Made by a program: the position numbers and the translations under genes | The notes under the pieces: generated by a model | What the model saw: only the letters and a program-made list of their open reading frames with translations | What the model was told of the DNA's origin: nothing | Databases searched by the model: none | Shown here: piece by piece, positions 28,703 to 39,051 of the stretch | Numbering within the stretch: the first letter of the stretch is position 1 | Layout of the letters: each line of letters starts with the position of its first letter | Assembly: GCA_000146465.1 (NCBI GenBank) | Contig: CP001946.1 | Length of the DNA stretch: 64,000 bases | Strand: one strand, 5' to 3'

Positions 28703-29905
28703 CTACTTTCCTCGGAGGAGATAATAAGCAAGGTACAGGCCTTCAGTGGATACCTTTTCATAGGGAATCACCTCTACCCTTTCGTCATCCATCCTATACC
28801 ACTTGCCTCCAAATATGGCATAGGAAAGATAATGGCCATAAGTAATGGATCCACGATGGCTTATAAACCCTAAAACATCATAGATCCTTTCTCCCACGGC
28901 TAATGTATTTGATAAGGCTACATGGGAATCGATTTTTCTGGACACTCCTTCATAGGAGAATCTCTTTAGATGAAGAGATAAGACCCTTGGATATCTTTTG
29001 ACTTCCAACCTTTTTGTGCATAACCCTTCTTCCTGGCAAGCTTCACACATTACCTCATCCTTCAAGTCCTCGGTTCCAAGGAAGATGTCCAACGATGACT
29101 GGATAGAAGGAAGGCATTCAAGAGGAATTGTTGCAAATGCTTCTTCTTTTGTTTTCTTAAGATTACAGTTTCTACACAGCATTGTCGAGGAAAACATCCC
29201 GAAGAATGTTCGATGAGATAAGCATTTACAGGTGATCTCGTCTGTAGACTGGAAGTCATATGCCTCGTGAATCTTTTGGAGAAGGCATACAAAGAATTCA
29301 TGCACATCCTGCTGCATAGATCCTACAAAGTGAGGAACCAGAAGCCACATTGTGTGTATGAACTTGTGCGTAAGCACACACTCAGAGCCATATGAATAGT
29401 CAATTAGAGACTTCATGGCACACATTATACACCTGCTGTCTCTACACTTGAACCTTGTATGTGTATTTGACAAAAGTTCGTCTCTTATTGGACATAGATT
29501 GATCATTATACTAAGAACTGCGTTTATATAGCACGTATTTCCAAGGTTTGAAAACCCTTTGAGGGGGATGTATGGAAAAACTTCATACAGTGATGAAGAG
29601 ATACTAACTATGACTGTGTCTTCTATTCTGTTGGTGAGGCTTCTCAAGAAATACCTCCTAGCACATACAGCACAAGAGATAACAGAAGAAGTAGGATCAA
29701 GAAATACTTCATGGCTATGCAATCCCTTGTCTGTGCTACAAAGGAGACAGTAGCATTGTAGGCATATTTGTAGGTCTATTGAAGTCTTGCCGGCATTGCA
29801 CCGGGTACTCAATCCCTTCTTTTTGAGATGGCCCAGTTTTAAAGTAATCGCCTTGAGGATCTTTTCAACATTCTTTAGTGATTCAACATGTATACATAAA
29901 TTCAT
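28703..29905 (-). CDS. ubiquitin carboxyl-terminal hydrolase (USP) with N-terminal ZnF-UBP; Ubp8/USP22-like
   Basis: Cys box GFSNLGNTCYINAVLSIM. His box GSITYGHYLSYAIFGGKWYRMDDERV. N-terminal Cys/His-rich ZnF-UBP (CIHVES...LQICLQCYCLLC...HSHE). Confidence 0.85.
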   Translation of the reverse strand: MNLCIHVESLKNVEKILKAITLKLGHLKKKGLSTRCNAGKTSIDLQICLQCYCLLCSTDKGLHSHEVFLDPTSSVISCAVCARRYFLRSLTNRIEDTVIVSISSSLYEVFPYIPLKGFSNLGNTCYINAVLSIMINLCPIRDELLSNTHTRFKCRDSRCIMCAMKSLIDYSYGSECVLTHKFIHTMWLLVPHFVGSMQQDVHEFFVCLLQKIHEAYDFQSTDEITCKCLSHRTFFGMFSSTMLCRNCNLKKTKEEAFATIPLECLPSIQSSLDIFLGTEDLKDEVMCEACQEEGLCTKRLEVKRYPRVLSLHLKRFSYEGVSRKIDSHVALSNTLAVGERIYDVLGFISHRGSITYGHYLSYAIFGGKWYRMDDERVEVIPYEKVSTEGLYLAYYLLRGK

Positions 29906-29936
29906 TTATGGGTGCAGTTTTTATTTCATCTGAAGA

Positions 29937-31190
29937 ATGACACTTTTAAAGATACAAAGCCAAATAAACAAATTAATCGTCTTGTGTCCTCCATTTGATA
30001 TGATCGGGCAGAAGAGAGCCTCAAAAGAAGACCTGAGTATATGCGGTTGTTCAAGAACCTTTAGAAGAAGGGAAGAGAGTGACACAAGTGAAAAAACACA
30101 TTACGAAGTCGTGCAAAATAAGGTAACAACAATAACCAAAACTAACTTCTTCAAAAGATTGATATGGTCTATTCTTATGATCTCGGGTTTCTTTTGGATT
30201 TGTGTAAACAATAAGATATACTCTTTCATCTTGATCATCTTTTTAACAATATCTATCATAAGAGAAATGATTGGAATCACAAAAAAATCTGAAGGAAGGC
30301 CTTTTCATCTTCGAGTATCAATCCTTTTCGGGTTTTCTGTGCCGATATATCTTTACTTGGTCTTTCCTTCGATAATGGGTGTCTATTTTCCTGGACTTCC
30401 GAAGTACTTTTTTCGGAGATTATCTTTCATATGCTTTTACAGCTATGTAGTTGTATTTATGTCTTTTGTTGCTTCACTTAGAAAGGGAAAGCTAAAGTCA
30501 CAGCTGGGACTGTTTGCCTTGGTCCACCTATCTACGTATATAATGGCGATAGTAGCAAAATGTGCAATCTTCAACCTTAATAAGGGGAGGTTCTGGTTTA
30601 TGTTTCCTGCTCTGCTTGTTATATCAAATGACATCTCGGCATACGTTGTAGGGAAGAGCATTGGGAAGAGGCCTCTTTACCGCCTTAGTCCAAAGAAGAC
30701 ACTTGAGGGATTCATAGGGGCCTTTGTTTTTACGGCAATTGTAGGATTTGTACTGGGATATCTTCATGTGAACAGTGGATTTTTGAGGGATGGGGACTCT
30801 GAACAATTCCAGAAGCTTATAAAGTTCAAAGCCCTTGGAATGAGTCTGAAAATACAAAGTATATATATACATATCATTCCATTTGTTCTCGTAACGTCAT
30901 TTGTGGCACCGTTCACAGGGTTTCTTGCAAGTGCACTAAAGAGAGCCTATAAGAAGAAGGACTTTGGAGAGACGATTTCTGGACATGGAGGAATAGCAGA
31001 CAGAATGGATTGCCAGATATTAGTTGGGATTTTTACATCCACATATATAAACTCGTTCATCTACACAGAAGATAAGTCAATAGGATCAGTATTCGGTTTT
31101 ATATGTAGAAACTTCAGTTCCGAAGAAATAATGATTCTCATCGAGATGCTGAACCGAAGAATAGAAGGCATAAGAGGCAGGGAGCATTAG
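29937..31190 (+). CDS. CDS1: phosphatidate cytidylyltransferase (CDP-diacylglycerol synthase)
   Basis: Polytopic membrane protein carrying the CDS signature LKRAYKKKDFGETISGHGGIADRMDCQ. Confidence 0.9.
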   Translation: MTLLKIQSQINKLIVLCPPFDMIGQKRASKEDLSICGCSRTFRRREESDTSEKTHYEVVQNKVTTITKTNFFKRLIWSILMISGFFWICVNNKIYSFILIIFLTISIIREMIGITKKSEGRPFHLRVSILFGFSVPIYLYLVFPSIMGVYFPGLPKYFFRRLSFICFYSYVVVFMSFVASLRKGKLKSQLGLFALVHLSTYIMAIVAKCAIFNLNKGRFWFMFPALLVISNDISAYVVGKSIGKRPLYRLSPKKTLEGFIGAFVFTAIVGFVLGYLHVNSGFLRDGDSEQFQKLIKFKALGMSLKIQSIYIHIIPFVLVTSFVAPFTGFLASALKRAYKKKDFGETISGHGGIADRMDCQILVGIFTSTYINSFIYTEDKSIGSVFGFICRNFSSEEIMILIEMLNRRIEGIRGREH

Positions 31191-31268
31191 ATCTTGCATA
31201 TTTACGATTTAAGGTCCAATGTGTCTATCTTCACTACATCGGATAAAAACAGAAAAAAAATCTTTCCC

Positions 31269-32300
31269 ATGGAAACCTTTAAGATGATTGAGGCCATGAG
31301 GCAGAAGAATAGGTTTTCTTCCGGGGATTACACGGGTTATAAGAACTATCTTAAAGTTGAGATGAGGGGACGGGGGCAAGGAGAAGATAGAGATTTGTAT
31401 AAACTTGAGTCAAACCTGTCGAAGTTCTTTATTTTCAACTCGACGAGGTTTCTGAAGAGTAATTTGAGAATACTTAGAAGGAATAGGTCTGAGTTTGGAG
31501 TTATGTATAGTACCCTTATGAGAGGTATGGTTGGGGGTCTTATGGAAAAACCCATTGAAATTGGAGATCTCTTGGAGCTCCGGAAACGGCTTTTACCATA
31601 TAAGACATTTGTAGGCCAGATCGATGCATTGCTTGAATCGGCACCATATAGCTTTGACACCTCATCCTTAAAGACCAGGTACATGTGGAATGACATAGCG
31701 ATTGGATTCAGAAACGACTTTGAAAGAGACCAATTTCTAGAGGGAAAAGCTCCACAGGACGGGGGATATGATGCAGACATTGCCACCTTTATACTGAAGG
31801 TGGAAAACAAAAAGAAGCGACTACTGTCTCTCATTAAATCCAAGCCTACTAAGATTGTCTGTATTAGTAAGAAAGTAGAAAAGCTTTTGGAGACACTTGA
31901 TAGGCTAAAGGTTGTTTTGAATGAAAATCTGGTTGAATCAGCCTATGTTGAGAAGATGATCAATGACACAGAAGAACTGAAAGCATACTACTTGAATATC
32001 GCCGAATTTAAGAGGTGTCTGAAATGGGACGATTCTATAGACGGGTTCAAGGTTCCTTTGTCATTTAAAGAGGTAGAACCCCAGATTCTGGAAGTAAGAG
32101 ATGATTTATCGTATGTCTCAAGGAAATGCTTGAGAGGTGCGCTTTCCAAGTATCTAGAGAAATCCCTCCAGCCAACCAAACCGGCTATAAAGGTTCCGTT
32201 TATACCGGTGCTGTTTGATGTGGCTAGGGATTACATATCGTATCCTGCAGAAGATAAAAACATGGAGGATCTATTCAAGAAGCTTCACATGTTCAAATGA
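31269..32300 (+). CDS. hypothetical protein (343 aa); weak resemblance to the SRP68 N-terminal RNA-binding region
   Basis: Track start is TTG 31194, only 3 nt after the upstream stop. The first ATG is 31269, preceded by tttccc. The FSSGDYTGYKNY segment is loosely similar to the SRP68 GDFQRYRGY block. Not convincing. Confidence 0.5.
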   Translation: METFKMIEAMRQKNRFSSGDYTGYKNYLKVEMRGRGQGEDRDLYKLESNLSKFFIFNSTRFLKSNLRILRRNRSEFGVMYSTLMRGMVGGLMEKPIEIGDLLELRKRLLPYKTFVGQIDALLESAPYSFDTSSLKTRYMWNDIAIGFRNDFERDQFLEGKAPQDGGYDADIATFILKVENKKKRLLSLIKSKPTKIVCISKKVEKLLETLDRLKVVLNENLVESAYVEKMINDTEELKAYYLNIAEFKRCLKWDDSIDGFKVPLSFKEVEPQILEVRDDLSYVSRKCLRGALSKYLEKSLQPTKPAIKVPFIPVLFDVARDYISYPAEDKNMEDLFKKLHMFK

Positions 32301-32343
32301 TTAAATAAGGCCTTCTTTCTAATTTACTCCTTGTTCATCCCCA

Positions 32344-33582
32344 ATGAGGAGCCCTGCGATTCTTAGAAGCTTGAAGAACAAGATTCTTGCCAAGTTGAAC
32401 AGAAAAAAGAAAAGTATATGCAACAGAAGCACCTCGGAATCGAATTCTCTTGGCGACGAAGTTTTGGCCAATAATTCAGAAGAGCTTCTAATGGAATGGC
32501 CTTTACCGTTTAACAAGGATCTCCTACCTCCATATCCTACAGATGTTCAAAAGACTGTAATCCCATACATCCTGGCAAAAAAGAGTATCAATGTTGTTTC
32601 TGAGACAGGAAGTGGAAAGACTCTCTCCTATGTACTTCCATATACTCATATCCTTGAAAATGAAGATAAGAGATTACTGGTTATTGTTCCCACAAGAGAG
32701 TTGGTTTCGCAGGTAAGTAAAGTGTTCCAGAAGTTTTCGGAGGGTCTTCTTGAAGTTTTAGAGATAACAGGAGAGGGAAGCATAGATTCACAGCGCTTAG
32801 AGGCTTCCAAGCCCTTTGATGTAGTAATTTCCACACCTGGAAGACTGAAGGAACTTATGGAACTAAAGAGTATTGGAAGCTTTGAATATGTTGTTGTTGA
32901 TGAAGCAGATAGATTGATGCAACACGATATTAGAAGGGATGTAGCATTTATATTGAGAGAAGCGAGGCCTGAGGTTACTAGCTTTTTTTCTGCAACATCT
33001 TTTGAATGGTATGGGGGAATAAAGATTTCAATTGGTGGGGTTTCTGTTAGTAGAAATGTAGAGGAATTTTTCTTGTATGCTGAGAACAACGAAAAGCAAC
33101 AGGTTCTTGGAGAGATTTTGAATTCTTGTGAGGATTGGTTTGGAAGAACCATGAATGTCAGAAGGGATGAATTAGAGATCAAGAAGATCTTTATATTTTG
33201 TAACACTATCAAGATGTGCGAAGACCTTCATGAGAGATTCAGGGAGTCCCTGGTGCTTCATTCAAAAAAGTCCATGGATGAAAGGAAAACAGTTATGAAA
33301 GCATTAGAAGGAGAAAATGTGGTCTTGATTTCCACAGATCTTGGAGGAAGAGGGGTTGACATAAGGGACGTAGACTTGGTGATCAACTACGATCTTCCCA
33401 AGACGATTGAAGCCTATGTACATCGATGCGGTAGGGCTGGAAGGCAAAAGAAAGGAGTTTCTCTGTCTATGGTGTGCCGGGAAGACAAGGAGATACTTCC
33501 CAAGCTTAGAAGGCTTATTGAAAGAAAGGGAGGGGTTGTACCAAGATTTATGAATAGAAAAGAAGACATAATACTAGACTGA
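32344..33582 (+). CDS. DEAD-box ATP-dependent RNA helicase
   Basis: Q-motif region PTDVQ. Motif I ETGSGKT. Ia PTRELVSQ. II VVDEADRLM. III SAT. V ISTDLGGRGVDI. VI HRCGRAGR. Confidence 0.9.
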   Translation: MRSPAILRSLKNKILAKLNRKKKSICNRSTSESNSLGDEVLANNSEELLMEWPLPFNKDLLPPYPTDVQKTVIPYILAKKSINVVSETGSGKTLSYVLPYTHILENEDKRLLVIVPTRELVSQVSKVFQKFSEGLLEVLEITGEGSIDSQRLEASKPFDVVISTPGRLKELMELKSIGSFEYVVVDEADRLMQHDIRRDVAFILREARPEVTSFFSATSFEWYGGIKISIGGVSVSRNVEEFFLYAENNEKQQVLGEILNSCEDWFGRTMNVRRDELEIKKIFIFCNTIKMCEDLHERFRESLVLHSKKSMDERKTVMKALEGENVVLISTDLGGRGVDIRDVDLVINYDLPKTIEAYVHRCGRAGRQKKGVSLSMVCREDKEILPKLRRLIERKGGVVPRFMNRKEDIILD

Positions 33583-33804
33583 TATGGTGAATGGATTAAG
33601 GTGTTTAGTAGCCCCTTGGGGAATGTATTTTGAGTATGATAAGGCTATAATGCAAAAGATAATCAAGAAGCTTAAGGAGGAAAGCGATGAAGATCAAGGA
33701 ATCGAAGATCATAACAAAGGGAATGGAGAGGAATAATATAATAGATGAGGACATCTGTTTTTGAGTTATGGTAATAAATTTTTGGCTTGTTTATTCACCC
33801 AGGA

Positions 33805-35508
33805 ATGAAAATCTTAATAACATCTGATAACCATCTTGGATACAAGGAGTCTGACCCTGTTCTGTTTGATGATAGCTACAATGCTTTTGAGGAGGTCTTG
33901 AAGACGGCGCAAAGGGAAAAAGTTGACCTGATTTTGCAGGGCGGAGATTTATTCCATGAGAATAGGCCATCTAGAAACTGTCTCAACAGAACTATAGGAC
34001 TTCTGAGAAGATACTGTGTTGGAGATAGGAGATCCTCCCTCAAATCAAACCATAGCTTAAACATTCATGACCAGAATATTGGAATCTCGATTCCTGTGGT
34101 GGCCATCCATGGAAACCACGATGACCCGAGTGGAATAAATATGATTTCTCCGCTTGACATTTTGCATAGTAGTGGGCTTGTGAACTACATAGGAAAGTAT
34201 AATCTGATGGACAGGATAGACGTTTTTCCCTTGCTATTAGAAGGAGACTATCGAATTGCAATCTACGGTCTAGGACACATTAAGGATCGAAGGTTATACA
34301 AGATGTTTTGTGAAGGAAGAATAATGTTCCACAGACCTCCGGACTGCGATTCGTGGTATAACATCCTTGTATTGCACCAGAACAGGGTTCCCAGAGAAAA
34401 GGAACACCCCTCAGAGGACTTTATAGACGACTTCTTTGATCTTGTGGTTTATGGGCACGAGCATGAAAGCAAAGTTATCAAGAAAGAACGTCTAGTACTC
34501 CAGTCGGGCTCCACGGTTAGGACATCGCTGTGTGAGGGAGAAAGGTATGATAAGTATATATATATTCTAAGGATAGGAAAGGAATGCATTCTAGAGCACA
34601 TTAAGCTAAGAAATGTAAGGCCGTTTGTCCTGGATGTCCTTCGGATTGAGGGAAAAGACAATGCTGAAGAGGTTGTTGGAAATAAAATACGGGACATGAT
34701 AGAAGCAGGGAAAAGAAAAGAAGTCTGTTTCAATAAAGAAATCACAGCCGTAGATGTTGATACACAGAGATTTAAATGCAAGGAAAAGAAAGAAGAAGAG
34801 AATGAAGAAGACACTATTTGTAAGAACTTTGCACATGAAGAAAAAGAATATACTCCACTGATTAGATTGAAGATTGAGAATTGTGGAAATAATGTGTTTG
34901 ATAGGCACAGGTTTGGCATCCAATTTAAAGGACTTGTGGCAAATTCAGGAGATATGCTGACCATATCTAGAAGACCACGAAGAAAAGAAGAAATTGAGAT
35001 AGAGGCGGTAGAGGAAAAGGTTGAGATAGCACGGGTATTAAGAAGAATTCTTAGGGATGTGGAGTTTGGGGTCTTAAGTAGGACAGGATTCTCGGAAAGT
35101 TTAGAGGAATTTGTAAAAGGAGATAGCAATGCTTTTATGGGGATGATCAGAAAGAACATCGAAAAGATTACGAAGGTGATTGACTATTCCTCAATTGTGG
35201 AAGAAGACGTAATAAAGACCATGAAAAGAATTAGCAATGAAGAAGATTTCTACGATGGCGAAGATCGCTTGGAAGACAAAGGAGATAAAGGGGCTTCTAA
35301 TGAGAAAAGAGTGGAAGAGAGTTTTACCAAAGATCTGGAGGATGAATATTCATATCATTCAGAAGACAACGAAAAGAACAAGGCTGGGGTCAAGAAGAAC
35401 TTCAATGTGGAAGATCTATTGGGAAAGAAGTATCTGAGCAAAAAGCCAAGGAAAAATAAGGAAGATTCAAGCACTGATGTTTCTTTTACACTTTCGAAGT
35501 ACTTATGA
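33805..35508 (+). CDS. MRE11: Mre11 double-strand-break repair nuclease
   Basis: Phosphoesterase motifs are present: MKILITSDNHLGY, GGDLFHENRPS, VAIHGNHDDPSG and VYGHEHE. Long charged C-terminal tail. Track start is TTG 33787. ATG is 33805, preceded by caccc. Confidence 0.9.
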   Translation: MKILITSDNHLGYKESDPVLFDDSYNAFEEVLKTAQREKVDLILQGGDLFHENRPSRNCLNRTIGLLRRYCVGDRRSSLKSNHSLNIHDQNIGISIPVVAIHGNHDDPSGINMISPLDILHSSGLVNYIGKYNLMDRIDVFPLLLEGDYRIAIYGLGHIKDRRLYKMFCEGRIMFHRPPDCDSWYNILVLHQNRVPREKEHPSEDFIDDFFDLVVYGHEHESKVIKKERLVLQSGSTVRTSLCEGERYDKYIYILRIGKECILEHIKLRNVRPFVLDVLRIEGKDNAEEVVGNKIRDMIEAGKRKEVCFNKEITAVDVDTQRFKCKEKKEEENEEDTICKNFAHEEKEYTPLIRLKIENCGNNVFDRHRFGIQFKGLVANSGDMLTISRRPRRKEEIEIEAVEEKVEIARVLRRILRDVEFGVLSRTGFSESLEEFVKGDSNAFMGMIRKNIEKITKVIDYSSIVEEDVIKTMKRISNEEDFYDGEDRLEDKGDKGASNEKRVEESFTKDLEDEYSYHSEDNEKNKAGVKKNFNVEDLLGKKYLSKKPRKNKEDSSTDVSFTLSKYL

Positions 35509-35531
35509 TCGTTTGTAGATTCAATCAAATC

Positions 35532-36041
35532 CTACAAGTTTTTTGACAAGTGAAGTCTACTAAATATACTTTCCACAGGCTTCTTCTTTTCTAAACTGCT
35601 AAACTTATCCTCTAGATAGTCTTCTGTAGAGTTTTTTTGAGGTTCTACCTTTAGATCTGGAAGGGATGGTGATGCTTCTAGATCGATATCCGAAGAAAAG
35701 TCTCTTTCCTCAATACTTGTGGAATCATCAACAACTATAATATAGCTTTTGGTAGGACTAGCAGAGAACTTTTCAATAAGCCAGACTGCGGAATTTATCA
35801 CGTCTCTACTCCATAGGATAGTTTTGGAATGAACCTTTTTGGCCTCTTCCAAGGCATTCATAGGCACAAAGTTCCCATCCACCACAAGTATGTCGCAAGG
35901 GGAAATTGCCTTTACATTGTTTGTAAAATGGATATGAGTGTACGAAAGCTTCATTTGGGTGTTCTGAAGCAGAGTATTTCCGATAAACATTGTAGGAGGA
36001 AAGCTCATAGGAGAACTATATGTTACTATTCTTACTGCCAT
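35532..36041 (-). CDS. hypothetical protein (169 aa)
   Basis: ATG verified at 36039-36041. No confident family. Acidic C-terminus. Confidence 0.5.
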   Translation of the reverse strand: MAVRIVTYSSPMSFPPTMFIGNTLLQNTQMKLSYTHIHFTNNVKAISPCDILVVDGNFVPMNALEEAKKVHSKTILWSRDVINSAVWLIEKFSASPTKSYIIVVDDSTSIEERDFSSDIDLEASPSLPDLKVEPQKNSTEDYLEDKFSSLEKKKPVESIFSRLHLSKNL

Positions 36042-36123
36042 GGATTAATTGTTTATGGGTATCATTTATCTTCAAAATCTGGAACCTGATGGAAAGTATA
36101 GTGGGAGGAAAGAATGCCCCCAA

Positions 36124-39000
36124 ATGCTTGGGTTTGTGGCTGGCTTTATAGTAGGACTTCTGTCTTTTCCGATGATCTATTGCCTGTTCCCGAGAGCTGT
36201 TGTTGAAGTTAACAAGAAAAAGATGGTAAGGATAAGCAACAAGAGTAAAGGAATTGAGATTAGTGATGAACAAATGAAAACAGTGATTAGAAGTATGCAC
36301 AGATGCAGAGACACCCACTGGATCAATGCTGTTATTCAAAGACTTTATATGGAGGTTTCGAAGTCGTATGCTATTGAAGCCAAGATCAAGTCTATTATAT
36401 TGAAAAGATTTGAGATGTCGGGAATTAGGAAATACTTCAAATCCATTGATGTCATTGAAGTGGTTTTAGGTGAGGAGGCACCATACATAGAAAACATCCA
36501 AGTTGTTTCCGACGACGACATACACAAAATGATCTTCTTAGAAGGACGGAAGTATGAAGATTGCGAAGAAGAGAAGTTATTCCATCTTGAAGAAGAGATC
36601 AAAAAGAGTTTGGAGATCGAAGGTATAATACCTGAAGAAAGGTGCGAATGCCCGATCGACTCAGATGAAAGTGTTCCACTTGAGGAAGTGGAAAATAGTG
36701 GTGTGGAAACAAAGACAGACAACAGGAAGAAGTGTGTATCAGAATTATCTACAAAGCTTGTTGAGGATTGCCTCACTTCTCAAGACAGAGAAACAAGTAG
36801 GATGGTGTTTTCACAGAAAGTTTTTGAGAATCTCCAGGTTCTTCTGGGAATCAGATACAAGGGAGGAGCTCAGATCTCCCTCAGTTTAGAGCTTCCTAAG
36901 AGAATAAATCTCAAGACAACGATATTTATCAAAGGAATGAAAGGAGATGTTCTTGTTCGAGTGCCTTCAAAAGACTACGATACAAGATATGAGTACTGCT
37001 TTTTGTTCAACCCGACTCTTTCAGTGGCTGTAGAATCGGGAATATCTGGAGAGATAGGAAAGCTTTACTTCCGGAAGTCGATTTCAAACTTCATAGAAAG
37101 ATATATAAGGCATCTCATAGCGAGGACGATGGTCTATCCATCATGGAACGGGCAATATCTTCCCTTTGTTGTTCCTCCGATCAAGGATGTAGTGCATAGA
37201 ATAGAAAAGGTGACCTTAGAAAACCATGCCATACATCTTCCACAGATAGTGGAGAATATTCTTCTCTACTCGTCAATGGATTACAAGATTGTAGAGGTTG
37301 ATGGGGAAGTAGTATATAGAAGGACAGGATATTTTATCAATGAAAAGGAAAGGATATTTTGCACACACTTTCCTATTCCTAAGACATCACTTAAGATATC
37401 TCATTTTGTAGGAAAGAACAGACTTTTCAAGGGCCTAACACTGCAGGAAAGCAAAATCATGAGCCAACTATATAGCTGGGGTGCCTTTACCAATGTGATT
37501 TCTAGGTTTCAGGAGTTGAAGATGAAGACCATCCTCACGCCTACCTCTTCTTTGGTTGAGCTTGAGTTTGAAAACATAAGATATGAATTCATAAGAGTAA
37601 TTGTGAAAAACACTTTAGTTTTCCAGAGAAACGATCCAAAGAGCCCGGAATTCATTGTATTTAAAATAGCCGATGAGGTTCTTTACATTTACCAATATGT
37701 GACCACAAAGCATTTCATGATGACCAAGAGAAGAATATGGAAGCTGAGGAAGAAGCTAGATTCTAAGCCGTTCACTGTTCTCGGATCTGTTTCTCTCTAC
37801 AAGCTAATCAAGTTCTCCAAAAGAATGATGCTTGATCATCTTCGAAAGCCTTTGAGCGAAGTTGTTGAGGAATCTACAGATTCTCTTTCTGTTGAGAAAA
37901 ACTCGGATACAAAAACAGAATTGATTGAGATATTTGAGGACATAAAAGAGACCTTTTCCGATGAAAAGTATCACCAGAAGAAAATGTGTTCAAAAGCATC
38001 TTCCGAGTCGATCTACAGGGTCCTCTCTTTGGACGAAGTTCGAACCAAGCTATTCTCCGAGAACTGTGGAATATACACGGTCATCAACGAGGCAGACAAC
38101 ATTCGCAGCATTGTCATCGAGAGTAGACTGCAAAGTGGAAGTAGTGAGTTTTCTTCTCAAGGAAACACACAACCGGATATCACTATGGAGATAGAAGAGG
38201 ATTTTATAATTCATTCTTATTTTGGAGAAGATATGATTATCGATTTGAGGTTTGGAAGGGAAAAGGAGATTCTGATATATAGAATAAGAAGGATGGAAGA
38301 AAACTCATATGGATACAGCTCAAAAGTAGTTCTTTATTATAGCAAATCTATGAACCTTAACTTTCCGAATTACTTTATAGAGGCTTTCCAACTGAGAATA
38401 AGACAGGATGAATATTTGATGATTGCAGCCCAGCATTTGTACTCCACATCCTTCCTGGAAAAGGAATTCCGGAAGGTGGTGGAGATTGGTAAGGGAGCTC
38501 TCTATATCGAGTTCTATACCGATGTTCCCGACGATTATTCCTTCACAGTTTATGGGGCCTCTGGAGATTCTGTGTATAGTATATACAAGGTAATTACGTC
38601 CCGGAAGGCGAGAATAATCCTCCCCACCGTAAAAGAAAAAGAGGTGTTTACTATTGTCCTTACTCCGAAGTTTAATAGAAACAGGAAAATCCACTACAAG
38701 ATTGTATCTCTTCCCGAGGAGTTTTCTACCGAGGTTCTGGTTGACTGCAATGTCGGGCTATCCAAAAACATGAAGTTTTATTGTCCTGTGTTTGGGAGAA
38801 CAGATTCGGTAATATTCTGGGAAAAAGGAGACGACAACGAGATCAAGGGATACATAGAGAATAGTGACACAAAAATAATGATATCAAGGAGTGGAACCAT
38901 GAGGACAGAGAACAGGGAATATAATATCTACTATAAAAACAAAGGAGAGAAAAAGAGAGATATAAAGATATTCCTTGGAATAAGTCTGAGAAGAACATAG
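36124..39000 (+). CDS. large membrane-anchored protein (958 aa) with N-terminal TM followed by an SMP-like (synaptotagmin-like mitochondrial lipid-binding) segment; lineage-specific remainder
   Basis: TM GFVAGFIVGLLSFPMIYCLF is followed by CRDTHWINAVIQRLYMEV...IKSIILKRFEMSGIRKYFKSIDVIEVVLGEEAPYIENIQVV, resembling the E-Syt/tricalbin/Nvj2 SMP N-terminal block. Track TTG at 36049 and ATG at 36055 would leave only 7-13 bp to the divergent neighbour. ATG 36124 (preceded by cccccaa) is preferred. Confidence 0.6.
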   Translation: MLGFVAGFIVGLLSFPMIYCLFPRAVVEVNKKKMVRISNKSKGIEISDEQMKTVIRSMHRCRDTHWINAVIQRLYMEVSKSYAIEAKIKSIILKRFEMSGIRKYFKSIDVIEVVLGEEAPYIENIQVVSDDDIHKMIFLEGRKYEDCEEEKLFHLEEEIKKSLEIEGIIPEERCECPIDSDESVPLEEVENSGVETKTDNRKKCVSELSTKLVEDCLTSQDRETSRMVFSQKVFENLQVLLGIRYKGGAQISLSLELPKRINLKTTIFIKGMKGDVLVRVPSKDYDTRYEYCFLFNPTLSVAVESGISGEIGKLYFRKSISNFIERYIRHLIARTMVYPSWNGQYLPFVVPPIKDVVHRIEKVTLENHAIHLPQIVENILLYSSMDYKIVEVDGEVVYRRTGYFINEKERIFCTHFPIPKTSLKISHFVGKNRLFKGLTLQESKIMSQLYSWGAFTNVISRFQELKMKTILTPTSSLVELEFENIRYEFIRVIVKNTLVFQRNDPKSPEFIVFKIADEVLYIYQYVTTKHFMMTKRRIWKLRKKLDSKPFTVLGSVSLYKLIKFSKRMMLDHLRKPLSEVVEESTDSLSVEKNSDTKTELIEIFEDIKETFSDEKYHQKKMCSKASSESIYRVLSLDEVRTKLFSENCGIYTVINEADNIRSIVIESRLQSGSSEFSSQGNTQPDITMEIEEDFIIHSYFGEDMIIDLRFGREKEILIYRIRRMEENSYGYSSKVVLYYSKSMNLNFPNYFIEAFQLRIRQDEYLMIAAQHLYSTSFLEKEFRKVVEIGKGALYIEFYTDVPDDYSFTVYGASGDSVYSIYKVITSRKARIILPTVKEKEVFTIVLTPKFNRNRKIHYKIVSLPEEFSTEVLVDCNVGLSKNMKFYCPVFGRTDSVIFWEKGDDNEIKGYIENSDTKIMISRSGTMRTENREYNIYYKNKGEKKRDIKIFLGISLRRT

Positions 39001-39051
39001 AATTGGTAAAAGCCATAGCTTTATTATATTTTCCATATTCTTGGATTGAAA

